From assembly GCF_006345805.1 (NCBI RefSeq), contig NC_043003.1, positions 31,310,001-31,374,000 on the forward strand: a stretch of DNA of 64,000 nt, given 5' to 3'. The stretch comes from Octopus sinensis (lineage: Eukaryota). The notes beneath the pieces are model-generated. The model did no database searches. It saw nothing but the letters and a program-made list of their open reading frames with translations, and was not told where the DNA came from. Positions within the stretch are counted from its first letter, which is position 1. Each line of letters begins with the position of its first letter. Both the position numbers and the translations under genes were made by a program. This document shows positions 1 to 12,955 of this stretch, piece by piece.

Positions 1-488
1 CAGTATCAAGTCATCAACTCCTATTTGTAGTCGCCGAAGGGATATTCTACGAAAATTGAAACAAAAGCAAGCAGAGTTTTGAGCCTTGAGAAACTGATGC
101 ACTAATGGATGAAAAATCAGGTAATTGAGCTGGAAATATTTCTGTGGTGGAGTTCCTAATTAAGATAGCTTTGCAGCTACGTTAGCATTCACTTCAGTAG
201 AACCAAAAATCTGTTAGCAGCTTCTCTGACGGCCGTCTATTTGAAACGTGCTTTCTGACCTACATGAAGATAATTATGTTTGGGAAAGGATAACGAGAAA
301 ATAAAGATAATTATATTTGGGAAAATGAAGATAATTATGTTTGGGAAAGGATAATGAGAAAATTTGGTGTGTTATAAATTGGTCGGAACGAAATGCACTT
401 TAAAAATATGTTTGTGTTTTTTGTTCATTAGACAGCCTCGTATTTCTGTGTATAGCAATCTCTGTAGTGATTATCATAGCGCATAGAG

Positions 489-591
489 TCAGTTACAGTG
501 AGTCCAGTCACGATCCAGTTTCAACGTACACCTTACAACCAACTCCCATGAACGTCCTATCCACTCTGATAGACCATTCATGGCTTTAAGC
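489..591 (-). CDS. Candidate terminal coding exon of an unidentified gene (phase-compatible with 1149-1386)
   Basis: Minus-strand acceptor tttcctattttcttatctatgtag|G at 592/591. Reads (W)LKAMNGLSEWIGRSWELVVRCTLKLDRDWTHCN* when joined to the phase-2 end of 1149-1386. No family recognised. Confidence 0.3.
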
Positions 592-1148
592 CTACATAGA
601 TAAGAAAATAGGAAACTACATAAGTGATACCCAAACTATCTAGTACATTGTGATAATACACATACACAAAAAAAGGAAAACTTTACAACTGCAAGCATAT
701 ACAGTACATATTGTTGCATTCTGTAATTAAATACACGATATAGACTATATAGTGAGAACCAAGTTTCTTGTTTTACGCCACAAACATTGTTCTGAGTCAT
801 GTAATAGCTTAGTTAGTTTATCAGTAAATTGGTATTGAGTCATTAGTGTTTTATTCATATCGAAAAGATCTAGTTACATCGTGCTTGCGATCTAGTTTCG
901 ATCCCTGATTATCTCTCTGTCTACATGTTCCATACAGGTAGTGGCCTGTAAATGTAAAATACATAATTTAATATTATCGATGTGAAAAAGGAGAGGGGAA
1001 AACTATAGAATCTATTGGCACTTCACTTATCCTCTCTTTTCCCGTTTTACTGACTTACTAAAATACATACACACATAGAGAGGATGCGGGGGTCGAATTT
1101 ACGCAAAAATAAAAATAACGCCGACATCTCATTTTAACATATATTTAC

Positions 1149-1386
1149 CATATAGATGGAGAGTGTTTGTGGACGGATGAGTGAATTGATGTTGCACAAA
1201 GGGGTACGGAACCAGCATGATGCGACGACGGTAAACCAGCATATGCTGTTGGGCCCCGCTGCTGATATCGGGGATTGCTTTCTATGCTTTGACTCGAGTA
1301 TAGGACGGGGTTCGCATCTTTGAGCTGGGAGATGAATTGAATGCCTGGTGTGTGTCTTGTGGCTACCCCACCTATGGAGAATAGGC
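1149..1386 (-). CDS. Candidate internal coding exon (238 nt) of an unidentified gene
   Basis: Non-repetitive, roughly 50% GC island in AT-rich DNA. Branch-like ctcat, T-rich tract and caag| acceptor; donor ATG|GTAAAT. Two frames open; frame A is (G)LFSIGGVATRHTPGIQFISQLKDANPVLYSSQSIESNPRYQQRGPTAYAGLPSSHHAGSVPLCATSIHSSVHKHSPSI(W). Confidence 0.45.
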
Positions 1387-1962
1387 CTTGATAAATAATA
1401 AAAAATAAAACATGAGTGTACATACATATATATGTATATACATATGTGTGTATGGTGTGTGTGTGTGGTGTGTGCGTGTAGATATATATCATATACACAT
1501 ATGTATATATGTTTATATATATGCATATATATGAGTATATATACATACGCATATATGTATATATATATATGTGTACATATATATAATATATATATGCACA
1601 TACGTATATGCATGTGTGTGTGTGCTTGTGTCTGTGTGTGCGTAAATGTTACACCGCTGACAGATTCGATTAACTTATCTTTCGCTTGAAGAAGGATGTC
1701 TTTGCTATTTTCATCAACTTAATCCTTGTAGTGTGTACCTGGATGGTCAATGATGCTAGCTGCTCTCTATTTCATCAGAATTCAAGGAAGGATGTGTCTG
1801 AATATAAACTGCCATAGTCAATATCAAGTACTATACTAGAAAATGCATGGCACTGTTTTGATGCCTTGCGTCAAATGTTCTAAAGGTTCTAACATGCACA
1901 GAAAGCAACTTCGAAAGACAGTAGGGAATATCTTATGGGAATATCTTCACATAGGACATTCT

Positions 1963-2373
1963 TATTTCTTTATTACCCACAAGGGCTAAGCATAGAGGGG
2001 ACAAACGAGGACAGACAAAGGGATTAAGTCGATTACATCGACCCCAGTGCGTAACTGGTACTTAATTTATCGACCCCGAAAGGATGAAAGGCAAAGTCGA
2101 CCTCGGGGAATTTGAACTCAGAAGGTAGCAGCAGACGAAATACCTATTTCTTTACTATCCACAAGGGGCCAAGCACAGAGGGGACAAACAAGGACAGACA
2201 TAGGTATTAAGTCGATTACATCGACCCCAGTGTGTAACTAGTACTTAATTTATCGACCCCGAAAGGATGAAAGGCAAAGTCTACCTCGGCGGAATTTGAA
2301 CTCAGAACGTAACGGCAGACGAAATACCGCTAAGCATTTCGCTCGGCGTGCCAACGTTTCTGCCAGCTCTGTT
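1963..2373 (-). mobile_element. tRNA-derived SINE (family A), dimeric: one head plus two tandem body units
   Basis: Minus strand: gagctggcagaaacgttggcacg head, B-box-like gagttcaaattcc, core gactttgcctttcatcctttcggggtcgataaa present twice. Flanked by a 14-bp TSD acataggaca[t/c]tct (1949-1962, 2374-2387). Confidence 0.9.
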
Positions 2374-3630
2374 ACATAGGACACTCTGCATGGTAGAAGG
2401 CGAATACCAGAGACTGAAAAGTTTTTGAATCTTTATAAATCTCTATATCAGAGGGGAAAAAAGGGAAGTTCAAAAATCACATACCATAACTCTGGTCTAA
2501 ATGAGTATCTATGTGAGGTCCCAGACAAATAAATTTATATCAGAACATGACTTATAGGTCATTGCAGAACACATAATTGGCCAATACTCATCTCTTTCCT
2601 TGATTCTTTCCATCCTAATTTATTCATTTTAATTGTATTTATTAATTTAGTTTTTTTGCAATTACTAGGTCATCGCCAGAAAAAAAAACAAAACATGAAG
2701 GACACGTGTGTGTGTGTGTTTGTGTATTTGTCAGAAGAATTTGGTGTTATATTTCTAAATATTTATTTGAGTGAAATGTTTTGTTTCCTTTACAATCCTT
2801 TGATTTTGTTAATAGTTTACTTTAAACTATTTCAATTTTTACCCTTAAATCTGAAGTCTAATGTATTTCGTATTTGTTTTACGAGAGATGTTTGAGAATA
2901 CACCAGCAAACTTACTGTGTCAGTGCAGTTCGACTGATCAGAAAAAAAAAATTTAAATGAATGAATGAATGAATAAATAAATAAATAAATAAAAAATAAA
3001 AGTAAAAGAAATTTATTCTAAAAATTAGAATATCGAAAAACGGAAAGCGAATCAAATCGAAGGCAAATATTAAAGCGAAAATCTAAAAACAAAATAACTG
3101 CAAACGAATTATTTTTGAAATTGAAAGTGAATGTAAAAACATAAAAAAAAAGAATTATTTCAGCAACTGCAAAAACAAATAAATGTTGTACTAAAACAAC
3201 CGCTTCTTTTATATTAATGTTTCATGTTAGAAAAAAATAACAAATAATTTTATGTTTTTGCATTAAATTCTTTTCGAGTCTACTCTTCTAGTTTATCCTG
3301 AAAAGTGTTAATATTTTAGCGCATTAATATTTGCCACGGTTTAAACGTACACAATTGTTGGAATTTTCAAAGGCAGTGAAGCGACAAAAGAAGCCGTACG
3401 CTGGTTTCTAAATACCTCCTTGCACAATATAATTACACGCCTTTACATTTTATCTGTTCGCATTCTGTCAAATTCAATTTCGCTTTTTATCTTTCTAGAA
3501 TCGATAGCATAAATAAAACCAGTCAAGTACTAGGGATCGATTAAATCAATTGCACACACTCACCTGCTGTTTCTTTTGCTAAAGTAGAAACCATTATTGA
3601 AATATTAAAAAAATATCGCTATTATTATTT

Positions 3631-3772
3631 TTATTGCTCGATCTGGAGGAAAGGGCCGCGCCAGTAGCCCTTCCTAGGTTCTTCCCAGGCTCCTTCTGTG
3701 CTTTGCTCAGGCACTCTAAGACTGCTGAGATCGATGTGACTAACGTTCTTTTGAAGAGTTGCAGGTTGAGAG
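3631..3772 (-). CDS. Candidate terminal exon, unidentified
   Basis: Acceptor gtgttatctttacag| on the minus strand and GC-richer than its flanks. The phase-2 frame reads SQPATLQKNVSHIDLSSLRVPEQSTEGAWEEPRKGYWRGPFLQIEQ*; a second frame is also open. Confidence 0.25.
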
Positions 3773-3989
3773 CTGTAAAGATAACACGAACAGATAAGGA
3801 AGTCTAATGCTGGTCTTGGAATTCAAAGGGCGAGAATCAGCTGTGAACACAATAGTGATAATGAAAAGAAGAAAGATAAGTGAGCCGGATAAACTCAGAC
3901 TATAGTCACAGTATTATAACGTTAATTTGATATGGCTTGTCAAATCGTTGCTTAATTATTTATTTTTTATTTTCATATATAAAATATAA

Positions 3990-5075
3990 ACATGAATTGT
4001 ATACTTTTTCTCTTACAGCTTTCATAATGCATAATAAAAAAATTGTAATTAGAGCCATTTTGCGCTACCTGTGAGAAAAAAAAGGCGTGACTTTAAGAAT
4101 AGCGACAGAAGAAAATATTTGTGTGAGGGCCCTGGAACTGTCAACGAACGTGTGGCACAAAACCGATTCAGACATTTCAAGGAAGGTGACACTAGCTTCG
4201 AAGACAAGCCAAGATCAGGGAGACCTGTTGTAGGAGATGAGGCCTTGATCGAAATGGTTGAACAACAACCAAGCACAATCAGAACCTGGTCCTTCACAAG
4301 CATCATCTCCATAGTCTTGGCCTTATAAATATTCGCTGTTGAGAAGCTCCTCATGAACTGATCAATGCCCAAGCACAACGACATGTGAACATTTGAATAC
4401 AACTGTTAGCAAATCCTCGAGATGCCCGTTTTGGCACCGAATGACAGGGATGAAAAATGGATCTATTTTCGTAATCCTAATAATAGATAACAGTGGTTTC
4501 GTTCCACCAGGGCTTAGAAACTACTGTGAAACAAGGAGAGTTTGAACAGAAGATGATGTGGTGTGATTGGTGGAATTTCGAGTCGGTGTTGCATTTTGAG
4601 CTTGCCCTAGATGGTCACGCTGTGAACGTTAACCTTTATGCTTAATAACTGCAGCAAGTATATGATACTTTGAAAACCCGCTGCTCGGCTTTGATCAATC
4701 GAATACACGCACTCCTAGAGCATGGCAATACTTCATCACACACTCTTAGAGCATGGTATTACTTCATCACACATTACCAGTGTAACCAAGTGCAAACTTG
4801 GAGAACTTGAGTGCTGGAAGTGCTGCGTCACCCTACCTACGGTTCAGACATTACACTATCTGATTATCGACTTTACTGAGCCGTGGCTCATTTCTTGCAC
4901 GTTTGGAGATTCACCAATGTGAAAGAGGTTGAAAATGGGTGAAATGAGTTTTTTTCCGTCTAAACCATTCAAATGGTATAAGCGAGGGATTGCGTTTCTG
5001 GCTCAACAATGGCAGCAAACAATAAAATATGATGGGCTATATTTTGATGAATTTTGATGTATTTTGATGAATAAC
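3990..5075 (+). mobile_element. Degenerate mariner (DD34D-type) transposase remnant
   Basis: HTH region (VAQNRFRHFKEGDTSFEDKPRSGRP), APHEL, GDEKWIYF (~4450) and a decayed YSPDLAPSDY-like motif (~4830). Many stops and frameshifts; internal 31-bp tandem duplication at 4711-4772. Confidence 0.9.
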
Positions 5076-6473
5076 CACCTTTTGTATGTAATGTAAGCTT
5101 GAAATACGAATAAACTCTCGTCTCTACCTGGTTTTATGGATATAAGTTAGACAAGGATACAGTTAGCTGCATACTCAAGCATTCGATGTACGATTTAAAT
5201 TGCTAGGGTAGATCCATTTCATTTCTCTTCATGTCACGATTGTAAAAGCCATTATACTCACAACATCCCTTTTCTCCTTCATCCGGAAATATATCTTCGA
5301 ACACATTTCAAGAAAACCGATACTCATCGAGCAAAGAAAGTGCCTATACCAAAATTTTTCCGTGGCATGAAACGTTGGGACATACCAATAGATGGGTATT
5401 ACACCATTTTGCATTTAGTCATAGAAAGCGATTTAGTTTGCATCTGGCCTCGTTTCAGGTACGCGGTACTGAGAAGTCTCAAAGATGACGAAACATGAAT
5501 GTCTATCGCTCCTGTAACGAAACCTGATGCTAGTTATCTTGCTTGTCTATGACAGTGTATGCATATATGCATGTGTTGTTTGTGTGTGTGTATAAATAAG
5601 TATATGTGACTAGGTACACAAACACTAACACATAAGGAACAAATATATAGAAGAATCGTATCAAGAATGACCAGGCTCAATGGATTTTTTTCTTCAAAAG
5701 AATATCAAATCGGATCATGAAACTAACTCAATAGAGACTTACCGAGGTGAATAAAATAAAGTTGGTAATCAGATGCAAATCCATAATCTATGGTGGCAGC
5801 AGTGGTGTTACTAGTAATAGAAGTAGCAGCAGCAGTAGTAGTACTGGTAATAGTAGTAGTAGTGGTGGTGGTGGTGGTGGTAGAGAAGGAGATTATATGT
5901 GGAGTTTGTTTTCCTCGAAGGCATTTTTGGCGTGAATGATTCGATCAATTACTGTGCAGTGAGAATAATTCAATAATATTAAATGTTCTTCTGTACAACC
6001 ATGTTTCATATTTCAAGTGAAATATTGGAATAGTGAAATGAAATATATTTCTGAAAGATAACTTATAATCACAATTCCCTCGACTAAAAAAAAAATCATA
6101 AAAAATGTTATACTTCATGCCTACTTCAAGAAGACAACAGGATGTCAAAGTATTCTCGCCAAATATAATGACAGCATTTTAGCAAGATACATATGGAATC
6201 GGATATGTTATTTCAAGTGAAATTATTTCACGTGAATAACCATAATCAGCTACAAATTGTACTCTCTGGTATCATATACATATAGATACATGCATACCTA
6301 CATATATATATATACATACATACATGCATAATACATACTTATACACACACACCCTCTCTCTTCACACATACACACATATACATATAGATGGGTATATGCA
6401 TATATATATATTTATATATGGTACACATACATCCGTACATATGTGTTTGTGTATGCATGTATATGCTTTATCA

Positions 6474-6505
<32 letters not shown>

Positions 6506-7534
6506 TATTATATAATTATATATATATATATTATATATATATATATATATATATGCGTATGTGTTTGTGTGTGCGTATACGTAATATGTAGGTACATAAT
6601 ATATATATATATATATACATAACATGTATAATATACACACATAGATGCATAGAATCATACATTTATATATGCACACTCTCACTTACACATATACATACAT
6701 ATATACACAAGTAAAAGGAAAAGAAATGTCACGTATCGTATTTAGCAATTGAACCAACACTTAGTGAAATATTAGTTTCTGTCTAACTACTGAACGAATA
6801 TAATTTTAAAATGTCTACAAAATATCTCAGAATTTTTGTTGTAGTTAGATAAACATAAATTTGACTCTTGTGAAATTTAAGTTCTGAAATTCGAGTTCGA
6901 AATAAAAGAATGTAAAATATATACTAATTCTAGTAAATCGTCACTGTTACACTAAACATATACATATACAAACCAATACATATATATAAACGGCATATAT
7001 TGTGAAGCAATCACCACATTTCGGCCCCTAAAATGTTCTTTACGCAGTTGTGAAACTAATTTGAAAGTGTTTAATTTAAATACATTGGGCAATCATTCCT
7101 TAATTCATAAAACGTAGCAGATAGATTTAAAAGCCGGGCCACGATCTCGTTGCTGACATCAGGATAATATGTACATGTTCCTGTCGTTGGAATGTAGATA
7201 TCAAAATCAAATTCAAATTTTAAACCTTAGAAAATCTTGTGTATTTTACTGTTCCACTTACAGATTGTATTTATAATGTGCGAGTTAGCTGGCTGGTTTC
7301 TTTTTCCGGAAATCCCTGCTTATCCAGATTGTGATTTAGGCTTTTGCTTACAAATCTGTGCACACCAATTAATATTGGTATAAATGTGAATTTATAATCT
7401 GGATATAGAAGCTCGCCTGTAGTTATGTTTTTCTTCTAATTTTGAAAAAATGTTCATATAAGCAAGGCAGCTGACGATACTTTTCTTGTTGTATAGTGAA
7501 ACTGTATACCTTTTCCGGTAAAAAAAATGGTAGG

Positions 7535-10161
7535 TGTCAGTCATTATAGATAGACCAATAGCCGGTCGTCAAGACAGGATCGAAAGTTGAAAAGTTGAGA
7601 GTCGACAGTTGTAGTCGTTGTCGTGTGAATCTATCAGTGATAGTAAGACAGAAGAAGTTAGTGTATTACTATTCTGGTACGAAGAGATACAACAGTATAT
7701 CATGACTAGTAATTATTGTGACTGCTAGCGTAAAGCAGCAACCAAAGTACAACGGTAGTCACACATCACACCAGTGCCATCACACCCTTTTACAACGGTG
7801 GCGACGAGGTAAAACAAATTTACACGGAGTGAAAGAAACTAATTTCACACGGAGAGTTTAAACTAATTCACCTGAAAAATTAAATAATTCGACAAAAGAA
7901 AACCAAAAATCTTGTGCAAACTTACAAAAATCGTAAAATACGGAAGACTTGTTAGTTGGGGGTAGTTAAGTTGCAAAAATAGCAACAACTCAAGGAACAA
8001 GAACAACAACAAGCATTGCAGCAGTAAATGTTACACCTAATGAAGTTGATAACCAAACAGGAGAATACATTTTCGCCTGACCATGAAGCAAATTCCATAA
8101 GCGAATTCAAATATGACCCCGAAGAAGAAATAACTTTGGAGGCTTAGTTTCAAAGACTTGGACAAATTTTTGTAAAAGAATGTCAGGATTGGACAGACGA
8201 AATGAAAACGCTTCTAGTTTTAAGAAAACTAGCCACAGCAGAGCATGAGAAGGCATAGTAACTTCATATTGCCAAAATAAGCGTCCGACATAAATTTCAC
8301 CGGCACAGTTGACATTTTGTGCTAAATGTCTAGTGAAAAGAGCTCACAGTTTAATACTAGATGGAAATGTTTAAACATAAAAAAGAACAAAGATGAAGAC
8401 TTCACTACTAACACGAGCAGAGTCAACAAAGAATGTTAAAGATTTAGACTGGATATGCTTACTCCAGATTCTTTCAAGTGTTTGATTTTTGCACGAAGAT
8501 TTACAGATAAAAGTGATGCAGAAATCCGAACGAAAATTCTAGCAAAAGTGGAAATGAAGCAGGATTTGACATTGTAGAAACTGTCGGAAGAGTGTGACAT
8601 GATATTAAAATTAGGCACGACGCGAAAGAAATTCAAGGAAAATGTGTTTTCACATAAGACCAGTGCTAAAATCGGAAGAAAAGTTGTAACTACAACAAAC
8701 AGAAAATTCGTAAATGTGAAAATTAAAAATACTAGTGTCAGAACGCAATTAGACACAGGAAGTGATATCACAATCATAAATGAAAAATGTTGGAGCATGC
8801 CGATGGTTTGTCTAGGTTAATTCCGAGAAATAACGAACCACTGGAGGACACTGTAATAGCAGCGCTAAGAGCGGAAGCGGAAACAAAAACAGTGATGTGG
8901 AACACCATGCGTGAACTACCAGTAACTTTGAAAGAAATAAAAAGAAATGAGAGAAATAACAAATTTATTAATGGGACAAAAAGAAAAAGTGTGGTTGACA
9001 AAAGGAAATGAAGAAAGGTCTGATGCAAAGAACCACCAAAATGTGAGCGTGTACTCTATATGTGATGATGTACTAATGTACGCTCAGAAGATAGTCGTAT
9101 CACAGACATTACAGAAGAGAATGCTAAAAGAGTTCTATGTGGGACACCCAAGAATCACTAGAATGAAAGCACTGATATGAAGTTTCGTATGCTGGCCAAG
9201 CAAGGACAAGGAAATTGAAAACCTTGTAAAAGACTGCAGAAGATGTGCGATGGCAGCGAGACTACCTACTACAACATGTGAACCTTGGCCGGAAGTGAAA
9301 ATACCATGGTCCCAATTGCATATCGATTTTGCAGACCCGGTAAATAGATATTATTACTTAAAAGTAGTGGATAGCTACACAAACTGGCCTGAGATCGCAA
9401 GGTTTAAACGACCAACCTCATATACGGTAATAAGCTTCTTACGCGAGCTGTTCGCAAGATTTGGTGTTCCGGATATAATTGTCTCAGATGACGGAACACA
9501 GTTTGTATCTTGTGAGTTTAAAAGATTCACTTTAAAACGTTCACTTTAGAACATAAAACTATAGCACCATATCACCCTAGATCGAATGGAAGGCCGAACG
9601 GCTCGTGAACACCTTTAAAAGAGCTTTAATGAAAGCTAATAAGGAAACCACGGATGAGGTCACGATCCAACAATTCTTAAGGGTATACAGGGTTACTCCG
9701 AACCCAAATGCTTCAGAAGGATTTTCGCCAGCAGAATTAATATTTGCCTGAATGGTGAAGTCAGTATTCAATAAATTGTTACCAGTGAAGAAAAAAATTG
9801 TGCTAGTAAAGACATGTCAAAATTCTTTAGAATCGGCGATAAATTATATGTAAGAATGTACAAAAATGGCAACCAATACTGGGAAGGAGAAATTGTAACA
9901 TACATAGGAAGAATAATGTATGGTGTAAGAAGTAGAAATGGAATGGATAGAAAACATAGAAATCAATTTAAGGACAGAGTCATAGAAAATGAAAAACAAG
10001 AGTAGAAATACCGATGGATTAGTTATATGAAACTCTTTAGGGTCCAGAGCCGTTCCAAAAAGTCAAAACTACACGTACAAGGAAAAGGAAGAACACTAAA
10101 TTCTTATAAGTAGACCCTAAGAAGAAATGATATTGAGTATATAAAAAAGGAGGAGGTGGGG
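7535..10161 (+). mobile_element. Degenerate Ty3/Gypsy LTR retrotransposon (K02A2.6/Mag-like) with RT-RNaseH deleted; 3' LTR not seen
   Basis: Putative 5' LTR ending ~7796 (start uncertain), PBS tggcgacgagg, gag remnant 8040-8640, protease LDTGSDIT ~8750, HADGLSRL ~8800, integrase (GHP..RMK, WSQLHIDFA, FGVPDIIVSDDGTQF) 9050-9760, PPT 10143-10161. Confidence 0.9.
7799..7809 (+). other. Primer-binding site of the Gypsy element
   Basis: tggcgacgagg just after the LTR-like end ...tttacaac and upstream of gag. Confidence 0.75.
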
Positions 10162-10164
10162 TGA

Positions 10165-10268
10165 ATAGGTCGGTTCATGCCCTAGTAGAGTACTGTTCCC
10201 CAAGGTACCGTGCCGTGGGACTGAACTCGAAACTATTTAGTTGGGAAGTAAGTTACTTGCCACACAGC
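10165..10268 (-). mobile_element. SINE family B head fragment inserted next to the PPT
   Basis: Reverse complement ggctgtgtggcaagtaacttac...gagttcagtcccacggcacggtaccttgggg. Confidence 0.7.
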
Positions 10269-12344
10269 CCCATGAGGAAGGAGAAATATTTCTTCTCTTA
10301 GACGGTCAGTATTTTAATGTATTTTGTACACACAATTATCTAAATCATCAATATCTAAAAGAAGCCGTATTGTGGCTTAGCTATGTATACGTATTTATAT
10401 TGCATTTCGTTTATCTTTTAACCTACTTCAAGTTTTGCTAATTTAAAGCTTGCACAGCATCTGGCATATTCATTGCACAGAGGACTATGTAAATAATATT
10501 GAAATAACGTGCTACAAAAAGAAAATGTCAAAGAATTAGAGAAAAAGGAAAGTATTTTGCGTAATATTAACTGATAAACCATTCAGACTTTCTAGCTTCA
10601 GTAATCCTTGTGATGCCAGAGTGGAAACTAAAGTAATCAATCAAATAAATGAATAAATGTTCCCATGATAACAGTGGCACTTAATCTTTCGGCGGGTGGA
10701 TTTATTAGATAAGAGAGATGATGGAATGGGTGTACAAAACTAAGAGTTTAGAATACATGCGATATTGATGAAGCAGGGTGGATCTCGTGTGTGGTGGAGA
10801 GATGGTGGATCTCATGTGTTGCTGCTGAGTCTAGTATATTTCAGAATATTTCTTTCATATCAGTTACGCTGTACACGCTGCTTGTCTAAGAGAGTCGTTG
10901 CATTATGCTAAATGAGATGCTATCGAGAAGTTAAATTGCGGAAACAGCGGCGCACAAATTCTTTGAGGCACTTAGTTTTAGCACTTTACGTTCTGATTTC
11001 AAATCCGGCCGAGATCAACTTTGCATTTTGCCCTTCCTGGGTCGTTAAAATAACATAATTAGTGAAGTACTGGTGGACTAATTACTATTCTTACAAAACA
11101 TTGTGGAATCCTAAAATATTCTACATGGGAACAAAATTATAATAGAAGTCTAAGCAATCTTTCAGAGAAGAGGAAATCCACTTTTACTCTTCGTGGAAAA
11201 CTAACAAACACTACAATGGTATGATGTATGTGTAACGAGAATCACACTGAATTGCTGATTTGTACACCACTATAAACTTGCGTTTACTCTGCATAGACCA
11301 CTTTTGTAATTACTGGTCGGTGTTTGAACTTAAAACTGTGTAGGACATGAACATGTCGTACCTTATGATAAGACAACTAATCATACCTTATAAGGCAACT
11401 AACCATACATCACCTTAAAGTATCAACCAACTACAATTAAGTTCATATATTATGATATATTCAAAGCAGGGTTATTTTAAAATATGATTTTCTGCTTTTG
11501 CTTTTCAAAGCATTGAATTCTATTTATCATGCAGAGAAATTTACAACTCGGTGGTGTGGAATACGGATAGGCACATGTCTTCTATACCTAAATTAAATAC
11601 AACATTGACGATATAATACAAATATGCGATAGGTGAATATTCTTAAGCACTACTGTATCGGTCAACCCTGACTTTCAAGTGGCTGTTAATTCTGACTTTA
11701 CTTTTTTAGTAAGCAGATCTGTTGCTGTCATTACCCTAGGCAAGCCTTAATAGTGCATTCGTATGATCCAGGGTATTCTAATCTTTATCTTTCCTGCACA
11801 GTAAGGTAATTCAATATCAGAAGGAAGAACAACATGATAAATAGATGCAAAGAGAAGGAATTACTCGGCCAATCCATGCAGCAGGCTGAGAATGTTGATA
11901 AGAAAAGAACAATGGTAGTTGAATAAGAGATGGAAACCTGAAACTAGAAATAAAACGAATGTGATAAATTCAAAGATTGCTAAAAGCCAGTGAGAGGGCA
12001 AAGAAAGAATCTGTAGAAAATGAGACGAAAGTATTAACCACCTCTTAAGTTAATGTAAAGGCGTATAAGCGCAGGTATGACGGTCTCGATAAAAGATTGC
12101 ACTGAGATCGTAGCCGAGAGTATAGACTCAAATTGACAGAAAGGTGAGAGGAACACGAGCCAGAAGCTATAATGGAGAATGAAGATTACATTTGGCAGAG
12201 CACCCAAACTGCTATCTAAAAGGCTGCTTCGACTTGTAGAAAGACTTTTTCAAGATTTCTAAGGAAGATTCTTGAGATTTAAGAAGACCTCTTGTCATCA
12301 AGCCTAATATAACACCCTTCGTAAATAAGTAGCATGTAATAGCT

Positions 12345-12347
12345 TTA

Positions 12348-12441
<94 letters not shown>

Positions 12442-12455
12442 ATAATAATAATAAT
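12345..12455. repeat. (ACT)n/(AAT)n microsatellite
   Basis: Directly visible trinucleotide run. Confidence 0.95.
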
Positions 12456-12783
12456 ATCAAAAACCACGACAACAATATATGGAGACCTAATAATTGAGAT
12501 CACCAAGATGTGGCAGTTGTGAGAGTTGAATAAATTTTGTTCCGGCTGTCGTCGGAGCATCGGGTTCAATAGCAACCAGCTTGAAGAAACATTTGGACAC
12601 TTTATAAATGGCTTACAATTTGGTTTATTGCAAAAGTCGACTTTATTTAGAACTCTTCGCACACTTTGTAAAGTATTATATGTCTGAGTTGCTTGTTTTA
12701 ACTCGACAGACAGTATAACTCCCCGGTACACACGATATCTTTAATCTACAATATCACAATATTGGATACTGTACGACGTCTTC
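12456..12783 (+). mobile_element. Severely 5'-truncated Dong/R4-clade non-LTR retrotransposon (RLE C-terminus plus 3'UTR)
   Basis: Decayed YGDLIIEITKMWQL...VPAVVGASGSI..SLKKHLDT...LLQKS, homologous to the C-terminus of the downstream element but diverged from it. Embedded in (AAT)n. Confidence 0.75.
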
Positions 12784-12847
<64 letters not shown>

Positions 12848-12886
12848 GTAGTAGTAGTAGTAGTACTAGTAGTAGTAGTAGTAGTA

Positions 12887-12954
<68 letters not shown>
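12784..12954. repeat. (AAT)n/(AGT)n microsatellite between two Dong/R4 elements
   Basis: Directly visible. Confidence 0.95.

Positions 12955-12955
<1 letters not shown>

Noticed and set aside
1692-1817. Signal-peptide-like frame KKDVFAIFINLILVVCTWMVNDASC...
   Set aside because: No in-frame ATG, no good donor and an early stop; compatible with chance.
5246-5460. Plus-strand frame open for about 70 codons ending at CAG|GTACGC
   Set aside because: Weak acceptor, no recognisable protein and no partner exon.
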